Origin: Nitrososphaerota archaeon
Lineage (GTDB): Archaea > Thermoproteota > Nitrososphaeria > Nitrososphaerales > JACQRY01
Assembly: GCA_016184315.1 (NCBI GenBank)
Contig: JACPCU010000020.1
Location: forward strand, 21,025-85,024
Direction: 5' to 3'
Length of the DNA stretch: 64,000 nt
The notes beneath the pieces were generated by a model. That model was given only the letters and a program-made list of their open reading frames with translations. It was not told the origin of the DNA and searched no databases. Positions 7,844 through 16,427 of this stretch are shown piece after piece. The position numbers were made by a program, and so were the translations under genes. The first letter of the stretch is position 1. Every line of letters begins with the position of its first letter.

Positions 7844-7855
7844 ATAGATATATCT
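7844..7855 (+). promoter_or_regulatory. TATA-like palindrome upstream of nrdJ
   Basis: ATAGATATATCT lies ~25 nt upstream of the TTG start at 7877, which fits a near-leaderless archaeal promoter. Confidence 0.35.
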
Positions 7856-7876
7856 GCTCATCGTCGGGGGTTTGCT

Positions 7877-10800
7877 TTGTCCACTGAGGGCTATCGATCA
7901 GAAACCAAAAGTGAACTGTTAGGTGACCAAGGACTAAAGATCCAAAGACAGTTCACCAAACAGGGAGAAAACATCTACGACATGTTTGACTGGGAAAAAC
8001 GTCCTTCGGTCATAAGGAACCCTGATGGCAGCATAGTGTTTGAAATGCCTGACGTGGAGGTTCCTAGATTCTGGAATCAGACTGCCACTGACGTCCTTGC
8101 ACAGAAGTATTTACGTAAACGAGGCGTACCGCAGCTAGACAAAGACGGCAAACCTGTCCTTGACGCCAACGGTAACCCCGTCCTAGGATCAGAAACATCC
8201 CTCAAACAAATCGTGCATAGACTTGCCGGCTGCTGGACTCACTGGGGGAAGAAGTACGGCTACTTCGCCTCCGACGCCGATGCTCAAGCCTTCTACGATG
8301 AAATTGCCTACATGCTGACCAACCAGATGGCTGCCCCCAACTCTCCTCAATGGTTCAACACAGGTCTAAACTGGGCCTACGATATTACCGGACCAGCCCA
8401 AGGCCACTACTTTGTTGACCCAGACGCAAAGCAGCTCACCGCCTCCAAAGACGCTTACTCGCATCCCCAAGTGCACGCATGCTTCATCCAACCAATAAAA
8501 GACGACTTGGTGAACGAAGGAGGAATAATGGATCTATGGGTCAGAGAAGCCAGGATCTTCAAGTACGGCAGCGGTAGCGGCACCAACTTCTCCACCCTCC
8601 GAGCAAAAGGAGAAACCCTGTCAGGAGGAGGAATCTCCTCCGGAGTCATGACCTTCCTGAAGATCGGCGACCAAACCGGAGGCGCCATAAAGTCAGGAGG
8701 AACCACTAGAAGAGCAGCTAAGATGGTCATACTCAACATCGATCACCCGGAGATAGAAGACTTCATCACATGGAAGGTAAACGAAGAGAAAAAGTTCGCA
8801 GCACTGGTGCACGCAGGACTCGCTCCAAGCACCATGGAGGCTGCAGGTGACCACGTCTTCGGACAACACTCCAACAACTCTGTCAGAGTTACTGACGAGT
8901 TCATGAAAGCTGTTCTAACTGATGGCCAGTGGAACCTGACATGGAGAAGCGGCGGAGTCGCCAAGACCGTCAAAGCAGCTGACCTGTGGAATAAGATCGC
9001 GGAGTCCGCGTGGGCCTGCGCTGACCCTGGGCTTCAATACGACACCACGATAAACGACTGGCATACATGCCCATCGTCAGGCAGAATCAACGCGAGCAAC
9101 CCTTGCTCAGAATACATGTTCCTTGACAACACTGCGTGCAACCTTGCATCCATCAATCTAACCAAATTCTTTGACCCTGCAACCAAGATGTTCGACGTGC
9201 AGGCCTTCACCCACGCCGTCCGGCTTTGGACTATCGTCTTGGAGCTGTCAGTGCTGCTGGCCCAGTATCCCAGCAAAGAAATCGCTCAGAGAAGCTATGA
9301 AACCCGAACCCTAGGCTTAGGATTCACCAACCTAGGTTCAATGCTAATGATTGCAGGAATACCCTACGACTCAGACAGAGCCAGAGCCATATGCGGCGCA
9401 TTATCAGCCATAATGACCGGAGAAGCCTACGCGACGTCAGCAGAAATAGCCAGTTTCCTCGGCCCCTTCCCCGACTATCAGAAGAACCGTGAACACATGC
9501 TTGAAGCCATCAGGAATCACCGTCGCGCAGCCTACAACGCTAGGCCCGAGGAGTACGATGGTCTCCACACAATTCCCGTAGGCCTCGACCAGAAGAACTG
9601 CCCCCAGTACATTGTGATCTCAGCCATGGATGCTTGGGACAGGGCTCTAGCTCTAGGCGAAAAATACGGGTACAGGAACGCTCAGGCAACCCTGATCGCT
9701 CCTACCGGAACCATAAGCTTCGTCATGGGCGCTGACACTACCGGCATCGAGCCTGACTACGCCTTGGTCAAGGTGAAGAAGCTCTTCGGAGGCGGCTACT
9801 TCAAAATCATCAACAAATCCGTCATGGCTGCACTGAAGAACCTTGGCTACAGCGAGGAGCAGATCGATGACATCATCAAACACGTGATAGGGGCCAACTC
9901 TCTGAAAGATGCGCCTCACATAAACGACGTTACTCTGAAGGTGAAAGGCTTCAGCGAAGAAGACATCCGCAAAATGGAGGACGCCCTGCCCACAGTATTC
10001 GATGTTCAGCAGGCTTTCACAGTGCACGTCCTAGGCAAGGAGACCTTGGAGAGACTGGGCTTCACGTCACCCCAGTATAACTCGCCTTCCTTCAACCTGC
10101 TAAAGTCCATGGGTTTCCCAGAGACTGAAATAGAGAAGGCCAACGAATATGTCTGCGGCACCCAGACAGTTGAAGGAGCACCGCACCTCAAAAAGGAGCA
10201 CTACCCCGTCTTCGACTGCGCCAACAAGTGCGGCCCCAAAGGCAGAAGGTTCATCGACTACATGGCTCATGTCAGGATGATGGCTGCTGCCCAACCCTTC
10301 CTATCAGGATCCATCAGCAAGACCATCAACATGCCCAACGAGGCCACCGTCACAGACGTGCAGAGAGTCTACTTGGAGGGGTGGAGGCTGGGACTCAAGT
10401 CGCTGGCCGTCTACCGGGATGGAAGCAAGATGGTTCAACCTCTCACCACGGGAGTAGAAGAAAAGGAAGAATCAAAAGTCGTCTACAAGGCTGTGAGAAG
10501 ACGCCTCCCCGACGAGCGAACCTCGATAACACACAAATTCAAGATCGGGAACCAAGAGGGTTATCTCACAGTGGGCCTCTACGAAGACGGCAAGCCCGGC
10601 GAACTGTTCATCACCATGTCCAAGCAGGGCAGCACCCTGTCAGGGCTCATGGACGCCTTCGCCACATCCGTCTCAATAGCTCTGCAGTACGGAGTACCCC
10701 TAGAAGTCTTGGTGAACAAATTCATTCACACAAGGTTTGAGCCATCAGGCTGGACTAATAACCCCCAGATCAGATCAGCGAAGTCGATAACGGACTACAT

Positions 10801-11056
10801 CTTCAGGTGGATGGCCATGAAGTTCCTCCCGAAGGAATCTCTGGTTGAAGTCGGGCTCAACGCCAACGAATCCCATAACGGCAACGGGGAGGAGCTGGCT
10901 AAGCCCGAGGCAGCTGGATCGGAGAGGTCTTTGGATTCTAGGAGATTCGACGTCAGGTCTGATGCTCCTGCATGCAAGGACTGCGGCTCACTGATGATGC
11001 GGAGCGGAGCCTGCTACCTGTGCACCGTGTGCGGAAGCACCAGCGGATGCTCCTAA
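7877..11056 (+). CDS. nrdJ: adenosylcobalamin-dependent (class II) ribonucleotide reductase
   Basis: 1059 aa. Contains HACFIQPIKDDL, FKYGSGSGTNFSTLRAKGE, GGTTRRAAKM, SNPCSEYMFLDNTACNLASINL and a C-terminal CxxC..CxxC tail. Confidence 0.95.
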   Translation: MSTEGYRSETKSELLGDQGLKIQRQFTKQGENIYDMFDWEKRPSVIRNPDGSIVFEMPDVEVPRFWNQTATDVLAQKYLRKRGVPQLDKDGKPVLDANGNPVLGSETSLKQIVHRLAGCWTHWGKKYGYFASDADAQAFYDEIAYMLTNQMAAPNSPQWFNTGLNWAYDITGPAQGHYFVDPDAKQLTASKDAYSHPQVHACFIQPIKDDLVNEGGIMDLWVREARIFKYGSGSGTNFSTLRAKGETLSGGGISSGVMTFLKIGDQTGGAIKSGGTTRRAAKMVILNIDHPEIEDFITWKVNEEKKFAALVHAGLAPSTMEAAGDHVFGQHSNNSVRVTDEFMKAVLTDGQWNLTWRSGGVAKTVKAADLWNKIAESAWACADPGLQYDTTINDWHTCPSSGRINASNPCSEYMFLDNTACNLASINLTKFFDPATKMFDVQAFTHAVRLWTIVLELSVLLAQYPSKEIAQRSYETRTLGLGFTNLGSMLMIAGIPYDSDRARAICGALSAIMTGEAYATSAEIASFLGPFPDYQKNREHMLEAIRNHRRAAYNARPEEYDGLHTIPVGLDQKNCPQYIVISAMDAWDRALALGEKYGYRNAQATLIAPTGTISFVMGADTTGIEPDYALVKVKKLFGGGYFKIINKSVMAALKNLGYSEEQIDDIIKHVIGANSLKDAPHINDVTLKVKGFSEEDIRKMEDALPTVFDVQQAFTVHVLGKETLERLGFTSPQYNSPSFNLLKSMGFPETEIEKANEYVCGTQTVEGAPHLKKEHYPVFDCANKCGPKGRRFIDYMAHVRMMAAAQPFLSGSISKTINMPNEATVTDVQRVYLEGWRLGLKSLAVYRDGSKMVQPLTTGVEEKEESKVVYKAVRRRLPDERTSITHKFKIGNQEGYLTVGLYEDGKPGELFITMSKQGSTLSGLMDAFATSVSIALQYGVPLEVLVNKFIHTRFEPSGWTNNPQIRSAKSITDYIFRWMAMKFLPKESLVEVGLNANESHNGNGEELAKPEAAGSERSLDSRRFDVRSDAPACKDCGSLMMRSGACYLCTVCGSTSGCS

Positions 11057-11072
11057 GACAACCATTTAACCA

Positions 11073-12074
11073 CTAGGATCGGAAGTCAATATCTTCGTTG
11101 AGGATCAGGGCTATCAACGCAGCTCTCAGAGTCTTCCCGTAGTGGGCTTGCTGGAAGTATCTTGCCTGTGGAGCCGAGTCTACTTCAGCCTTGATTTCCC
11201 CTGCTCTTGGCAAGGGGTGCATGACGATCAGACTGTCCTTAGCTTTGTCGAGGGTTGACCGGTCAACCACGTAGATTCCCCTGACCTTCTCGTATTCCTG
11301 GGGGTCGGGGAAGCGTTCCCTCTGAATCCGGGTCATATACAGTACATCTGCGGCGCTGATAACCTCCTCCATGGAGCGGTGCTGGCTGATCTTCATCCTG
11401 TTCTCCAAGTCGTAGAGGGCCTCCTCTCTGATCCTTAGTTGCGGAGGTGAAACTAGGAAGACCTGGGGCTCAAACCTAGCCAATGCGTACAGGAGGGAGT
11501 AGACTGTGCGTCCGTACTTCAGGTCTCCTACTATCGCTATGTTGAGGCCGTCTATCTTGCCCTTCTCCTTCATGACGGTGTAGAGGTCTAGCATGGCTTG
11601 GGTGGGATGCTCCTCGGTTCCGCTTCCAGCGTTGATCACGGGCTTGGAGGCTACTTCGGCTGCGAAGCGGGCTGCGCCATCGCTGGGGTGTCGTAGGATG
11701 ATTATGTCTGAGTATCCTTCAAGTATCTTCACTGTGTCGGCTAGGCTTTCGCCTTTCTCGACGGAGACTGAGTGGGGATCCGCGAAGCCTATGGATGATC
11801 CTCCTATGGAGAGCATCGCAGCCTCGAAGCTGAAGATGGTTCGGGTGCTGGGCTCGTAGAAGAGCATAGAGAGGACTCTGCCTTCACCGATCTTCTGTTT
11901 TTTGGAAAGGGGTAGGCTGCTGATACGGTCTGTGGCTTCGAAGAGGCCTTCGAAGTCGTATCTGTCGAGGTCCTTTATGGATACTATGTCTCTGTTGTAG
12001 AAACGGTTTTTCAAGAGTCTGCATGACTGTGCCGCGGGTCGGCTTAAAAGCTTGGCGACTAGGAGCTCAAACAA
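11073..12074 (-). CDS. pyrB: aspartate carbamoyltransferase catalytic subunit
   Basis: Contains FYEPSTRTIFSFE, HPTQAMLD and HPLPR. The true start is probably the in-frame TTG at 12014 (MKNRFYNRDIVSIKDL). Confidence 0.95.
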   Translation of the reverse strand: MFELLVAKLLSRPAAQSCRLLKNRFYNRDIVSIKDLDRYDFEGLFEATDRISSLPLSKKQKIGEGRVLSMLFYEPSTRTIFSFEAAMLSIGGSSIGFADPHSVSVEKGESLADTVKILEGYSDIIILRHPSDGAARFAAEVASKPVINAGSGTEEHPTQAMLDLYTVMKEKGKIDGLNIAIVGDLKYGRTVYSLLYALARFEPQVFLVSPPQLRIREEALYDLENRMKISQHRSMEEVISAADVLYMTRIQRERFPDPQEYEKVRGIYVVDRSTLDKAKDSLIVMHPLPRAGEIKAEVDSAPQARYFQQAHYGKTLRAALIALILNEDIDFRS

Positions 12075-12077
12075 CGT

Positions 12078-12596
12078 ATGCTGGCCGGATCGGCGAAGGC
12101 TTATAGCGCCATATTATTTGATCATATGTCGATGTCGCAAGAGGAGCTTCTCGTCAGAAGAATCAAAGAGGGCACCGTCCTAGACCACGTTGAGGCAGGC
12201 AGAGCCCTTAGAGTCTTGACTGCTTTGGGCATCAAAGGAGAGGACGGCAACATAGTAACAGTAGCTATGAATGTTTTGAGCAGTAAGATGGGCAAGAAGG
12301 ATATTGTTAAGATCGCTGACAGGTTTCTGAGCCAAGAAGAGTCAGATCGGATTGCTCTGATCGCTCCTAGGGCTACTGTCAACCTAATACGGGACTACCG
12401 GGTCGTCGAGAAGCGCGTCGTCCACCTGCCAAAAACGTTCGTCAACATTTTCCGCTGCCCTAATCCCACCTGTATCTCTAATTCACCTGAACCTATTGTT
12501 CCTGAGCTCCAAGTTCTAAGGGCGGATCCGCCTACGTTAAAATGCAAGTACTGCGCAAGGCTGCTGTACCCCGTCGATGTCCTCTCAAACCAGTGA
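12078..12596 (+). CDS. pyrI: aspartate carbamoyltransferase regulatory subunit
   Basis: Contains LLVRRIKEGTVLDHV, KDIVKI and a zinc domain (CPNPTCISN..CKYC). The likely true start is the ATG at 12126. Confidence 0.95.
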   Translation: MLAGSAKAYSAILFDHMSMSQEELLVRRIKEGTVLDHVEAGRALRVLTALGIKGEDGNIVTVAMNVLSSKMGKKDIVKIADRFLSQEESDRIALIAPRATVNLIRDYRVVEKRVVHLPKTFVNIFRCPNPTCISNSPEPIVPELQVLRADPPTLKCKYCARLLYPVDVLSNQ

Positions 12597-12852
12597 AACG
12601 CCGCCTGAGGATAAGCGAAGAAACATCAAGAAAAGGGTCAACCTTCTCATAGCTGGTCTACCGTTCCTAATAGCTTCCCTTACTCTAGGCGGCACTCTTG
12701 CAGGACTCTATTTGCAGAACATCTTGAAGCGGGCGGACTTTATCATACCGATAGTAACTTCACTACTAGGATTAGGCGTCTCCATATACCTGTCCTGCAT
12801 AGTGGCGAATAGAGTAACCTCTAAACCAGTAAAAGAATCAAGAAAACGGTAA
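12577..12852 (+). CDS. small membrane protein (2 predicted TM helices)
   Basis: 91 aa with two hydrophobic stretches (LLIAGLPFLIASLTLGGTLAGLYL; IIPIVTSLLGLGVSIYLSCIV). Confidence 0.45.
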   Translation: MSSQTSETPPEDKRRNIKKRVNLLIAGLPFLIASLTLGGTLAGLYLQNILKRADFIIPIVTSLLGLGVSIYLSCIVANRVTSKPVKESRKR

Positions 12853-12881
12853 GAAAATAGAAAGGGGGGAGGCGCCCACTT

Positions 12882-13214
12882 TTACGCGGCGCTACCCAAG
12901 ATCAGGATTGCGATGACAATACCGTAGATCGCGAGTGCTTCACCGAGGGCGGTGATGATGATCGCAGTAGTCCTGATTTCAGGGCGTTCTGCTGTTCCTG
13001 CTAGGCCCGCAGAACCTGCTCTTCCAATGGCTAATCCTGCTGCAATCGCAGATAGACCGAAGGCTATGGCTGCGCCGATGAACTTGTTGGATGCTGGATC
13101 TGCTGGAAAGAACCCAGCATAAGACTGGGGTGTTTGCGCCAGAGCTGGGAGAAACGGCAGAGATGATACGAGCAACGATAGTCCGTAGAGAATGTACCTT
13201 ACAAGAGTTCTCAT
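12882..13214 (-). CDS. atpK: A-type ATP synthase proteolipid subunit K (c)
   Basis: Gly/Ala-rich hairpin AIAFGLSAIAAGLAIGRAGSAG..ITALGEALAIYGIVIAILIL with the ion-binding Glu. Has an N-terminal hydrophobic extension. Confidence 0.9.
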   Translation of the reverse strand: MRTLVRYILYGLSLLVSSLPFLPALAQTPQSYAGFFPADPASNKFIGAAIAFGLSAIAAGLAIGRAGSAGLAGTAERPEIRTTAIIITALGEALAIYGIVIAILILGSAA

Positions 13215-13240
13215 GAGGCATCCTCAAAGTTTAAGGATAT

Positions 13241-13307
13241 TTGAGTTTTTCGGAGTGTGGAACCAAGTTTCCGATCTTACGAAAGGCTCCGCACTTCCTC
13301 AGACCTA
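13241..13307. repeat. 67-bp direct repeat, copy A (upstream of atpK)
   Basis: 62/67 identical to 14192-14258 by hand alignment. Contains an internal 10-bp stem (GTGTGGAACC / GGCTCCGCAC). Confidence 0.9.
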
Positions 13308-13579
13308 GTCTTACGCGGAAACTACAGCTGCTGATGTCTTGACATAGAGCCATGATACTATTGCGTCATAGCATGAACACCAGTGATTCGATCCCAGTTG
13401 AACAAACCCTTTAGACCATCAACAACACACATGGGGGACAAAGAAGATTAGGCATTTTCCGAAAAAGGGGGACGAGGCTCAGTTCAGCTACCACCGGGAG
13501 ACAAGTTGCAGCCCTAAAAGGGGCCATGGCATGGATTCAGTTCTCCAAAGGAACAAACGCTTGCTAGCTGCCAGCAACG

Positions 13580-13909
13580 TTAGACTCTGAATAGTTCTCT
13601 TGTCCGACGATTGACCTCCCCTTTAAGGATCGGTCCGAGTTCACCGATCTCCCCTAGAATGAGGCTCTTCAGCACAGTTGCAACCTTGTCCAGCTTTACT
13701 ACAGAAGGCACCTTAAGTCCAGTCAGCCCGTACTCAGGGTGACTCTGTTCTATGATAACATCATGACGGGCAGGTTTCTCGGGCATCTTGGAAGAAATGA
13801 ACGCAACGATAACATCTGCTCTTCCCTCGTATATCACAAGGGCAGGCCGAAGCTTCGTTGAAGTCAGATCTGTGAAGGGAAACGGTATGAGAACAAGTTT
13901 TCCCTTCAT
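13580..13909 (-). CDS. mazF: PemK/MazF-family toxin
   Basis: 109 aa. N-terminus GKLVLIPFPFTDLTSTKLRPALVI is the MazF/PemK signature. Confidence 0.85.
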   Translation of the reverse strand: MKGKLVLIPFPFTDLTSTKLRPALVIYEGRADVIVAFISSKMPEKPARHDVIIEQSHPEYGLTGLKVPSVVKLDKVATVLKSLILGEIGELGPILKGEVNRRTRELFRV

Positions 13910-14097
13910 CGGTACTTAACCTTCAAATCCTTCTCCGAATACAAGACAGGCTCGTCCGTGAAGAACCTCTTGAGGGAGGGTTCACTAGCTTTCATTGTCA
14001 GGAATGGCTCCAGCTCATCCACCATCAGATCAACCTTCTTCTTTAGGTCGTTAAGCTCTCGCTTCATCTTCTTTATCTCCACCTCTACTGTGCCCAT
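13906..14097 (-). CDS. putative antitoxin of MazF
   Basis: 63-aa charged coiled-coil protein. 4-nt overlap with the mazF start. Confidence 0.55.
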   Translation of the reverse strand: MGTVEVEIKKMKRELNDLKKKVDLMVDELEPFLTMKASEPSLKRFFTDEPVLYSEKDLKVKYR

Positions 14098-14191
14098 CTC
14101 TACAGATGAGGTAGTCTTTCGTTAATATAAGTTATCTTCTTGAGACCAACGGGTTGCGATGCTGACAACGATCCAAAAGACATTACGCAAG

Positions 14192-14258
14192 TTGAGTTTT
14201 TCGGAGTGCGGAACCAAGTTTCCGATCTTACGAAAAGCTTCGCACTGCCTCAGACTTA
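14192..14258. repeat. 67-bp direct repeat, copy B (covers the 3' end of the small ORF downstream of atpD)
   Basis: See copy A. Overlaps the last 10 sense codons plus the stop of ORF 14228-14368. Confidence 0.9.
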
Positions 14259-14368
14259 CCTTTTTCCAGCCGTTCGCTTACCATCTTCTCGTACTCCGCG
14301 TACTTGGCCTTAAGACTGCTCTTGGCCTGCTCAAACTTCTTGTTTACAACATCTTCAGCTTTGCTCAT
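14228..14368 (-). CDS. small (46 aa) helical protein translationally coupled to atpD; candidate small ATPase subunit (crenarchaeal epsilon-like)
   Basis: Not in the ORF track. Its ATG overlaps the atpD stop (ATGA). Sequence MSKAEDVVNKKFEQAKSSLKAKYAEYEKMVSERLEKGKSEAVRSFS. Its position between atpD and the proteolipid gene matches the small subunit gene in Sulfolobus-type operons. Confidence 0.5.
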   Translation of the reverse strand: MSKAEDVVNKKFEQAKSSLKAKYAEYEKMVSERLEKGKSEAVRSFS

Positions 14369-15009
14369 CTAACACCACTCTTGCTTTCCAACACAGCTTT
14401 GACATGTTTAAGCCTAGCGAAATCCTCTCTCTCCCTCTCCTCAAGGGTTGCTCGGATATACTTAGCTGAATCCTCGTAGGTCGGAATAACAACATACTCC
14501 AAGGCGTTGATAAGCCTCTGAGTCTTCTCCAATTCCTTAGCCAAACTGAAGATGGCGTTCTCCACCTCAGCAGCCTTACATATGCTCGGCAGCACCCTCC
14601 TCATCATCCTAGTAGCATCGTCGAGAGTCGCATTGGTGCCTCCGAACCCGTAGGTTAACCCCATCTCTTTCGTCTTAACTGTCAAAGTAGGCACCTTCAC
14701 ATCAATCATGTTCTTAACATCCACTGCCACATCAACCTGGCTGGGAGTCGTGAAAGCCACTGATTCAAGAGTCATGGGCCCAAGAGTCAAGTAGGCATCA
14801 AGAAGAGACCTGTAAGCATCGGAGAGCGGTTGCCACATGGAGTCCCTAGACTCAGAGGCCTCCTGAATCAGTTCTTCTAGCCGCTTAAGCAGCACTTGAC
14901 GCTTGTCCTCAAGTATTTTGTGGACCATCACTGCTACTTGGAGGCTACGCTTGATCCGGATCAGCTCTATCTTTGTGGGTAGGGGTCTCTTGCTTGACGC
15001 TACTGACAC
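14365..15009 (-). CDS. atpD: A-type ATP synthase subunit D
   Basis: N-terminus PTKIELIRIKRSLQVAVMVHKILEDKRQVLL and overall coiled-coil layout typical of A/V subunit D. Confidence 0.93.
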   Translation of the reverse strand: MSVASSKRPLPTKIELIRIKRSLQVAVMVHKILEDKRQVLLKRLEELIQEASESRDSMWQPLSDAYRSLLDAYLTLGPMTLESVAFTTPSQVDVAVDVKNMIDVKVPTLTVKTKEMGLTYGFGGTNATLDDATRMMRRVLPSICKAAEVENAIFSLAKELEKTQRLINALEYVVIPTYEDSAKYIRATLEEREREDFARLKHVKAVLESKSGVR

Positions 15010-15011
15010 GG

Positions 15012-16427
15012 CTACGATGACCCTCCGCTGCCCCCTGAACTAGGCTTACTGTACTTGTGGATGTATTCTTCCCTGATTTTGGTCAACTCGTTTTCAGGCA
15101 GAACTGAAAGGATGTCCCACGCAATGCTCAAAGTGTCCTCGAGGGTGCGGTTCTCCTCATAACCTTGGTTCAGGAATTGCCGCTCAAACCTTTCGCCGAA
15201 GTCAAGGTATTTCAGGTCTGTTCCTGTCAAACCGCTTTTGCCCACAATTTCTGCAAGTGCTCTAAGCTCCTGAGACCTAGCGAAACCGGCGTAAAGCTGG
15301 TTGCTGACCTCCATGTGGTCGTCCCTCGTCTTGCCTTTGCCGACTCCGTCCTTCATCAGCCTGCTCAGGCTGGAAAGCACGTTTACTGGCGGATAGACCT
15401 CTTTTCGGAACAGGTCCCGTCCAAGAACGATCTGCCCCTCGGTGATGTAACCTGTCAAGTCGGGGATGGGGTGAGTGATGTCGTCGCTGGGCATGGATAG
15501 AATGGGCATCTGGGTGATGCTTCCCTTCTCTCCTTTGATCCTGCCTGCTCTCTCGTAGATGCTAGCAAGATCTGTATAGAGGTATCCTGGGTAACCTTTT
15601 CTTCCAGGCACCTCTTCGCGAGCAGCGCTGATCTCTCTGAGGGCCTCCGCGTAGTTGGTCAGATCAGTGATTATGACGAGAACATGCATGCCCAGCTCGA
15701 AGGCCAAGTATTCTGCCGCTGTGAGAGCAACCCTAGGAGTGGTGATTCTCTCGATGGCAGGGTCGTCTGCAAGGTTGAGGAAGAGGGCGCTTCTCTTTAT
15801 GGCACCGGTCTCTTCAAGGGCTCTGCGGAAGAACCTAGACTCCGTGTGCTGGACACCCACCGCGGCGAAGACCACGGCGAACTCCGCCTGCTCTCCTAGC
15901 ACAGTTGCCTGTCTCGCAACTTGGGCTGCCAGCAGGTTATGTGGCATGCCTGCACCTGAGAAGATGGGTAGCTTCTGGCCTCTGACCAGAGTGTTCATTC
16001 CGTCGATGACGGATACTCCAGTCTGAATGAAGTCAGTAGGATAGTCCCTTCTCTCCGGGTTAATTGGAAGACCGTTAACGTCACGGAAGTCCTCGCCCAC
16101 AGGCTCAGGGAGATTGTCCAGGGGCCTGCCTAGGCCGTCGAAGACCCTTCCGAGCAGCTCAGAGGAGACAGCTATCTCCATGGGTTTACCTAGGAACCTT
16201 GCCTTGGTTCCTATTGTGGAGAGCCCTGTGGTTCCCTCGAAGACCTGTACTACTGCTCTTCCTCCACCTATTTCGAGGACTTTGCCAAGTCTCTGCTCTC
16301 CCCCGGGGGACTCTATCTCTACTAGCTCGTCGTATGCTGCTTGGGTCACCCCATCTAAGATCAGCAGGGGGCCTTTAATCTCAGCGACCTTCGTGTACTC
16401 TATTCCGCCGACCTGTTTAGCTGGCAA
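15012..16427 (-). CDS. atpB: A-type ATP synthase subunit B
   Basis: 471 aa. Contains [34 protein letters not shown] and [21 protein letters not shown]. Confidence 0.97.
   Translation of the reverse strand: MPAKQVGGIEYTKVAEIKGPLLILDGVTQAAYDELVEIESPGGEQRLGKVLEIGGGRAVVQVFEGTTGLSTIGTKARFLGKPMEIAVSSELLGRVFDGLGRPLDNLPEPVGEDFRDVNGLPINPERRDYPTDFIQTGVSVIDGMNTLVRGQKLPIFSGAGMPHNLLAAQVARQATVLGEQAEFAVVFAAVGVQHTESRFFRRALEETGAIKRSALFLNLADDPAIERITTPRVALTAAEYLAFELGMHVLVIITDLTNYAEALREISAAREEVPGRKGYPGYLYTDLASIYERAGRIKGEKGSITQMPILSMPSDDITHPIPDLTGYITEGQIVLGRDLFRKEVYPPVNVLSSLSRLMKDGVGKGKTRDDHMEVSNQLYAGFARSQELRALAEIVGKSGLTGTDLKYLDFGERFERQFLNQGYEENRTLEDTLSIAWDILSVLPENELTKIREEYIHKYSKPSSGGSGGSS

Larger units (their letters stand above)
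13241..14258. mobile_element. MazF toxin-antitoxin cassette insertion bounded by 67-bp direct repeats inside the ATPase operon
   Basis: Repeat A, then 884 bp (mazF, antitoxin, 270 nt non-coding), then repeat B. This interrupts the atpD / small ORF / atpK series. Confidence 0.55.

Noticed and set aside
7728-7876. Possible cobalamin riboswitch upstream of the B12-dependent RNR.
   Set aside because: No B12-box-like consensus seen. The TATA-like element lies downstream of the structured segment, so that segment would not be in the nrdJ leader unless the two genes are co-transcribed.
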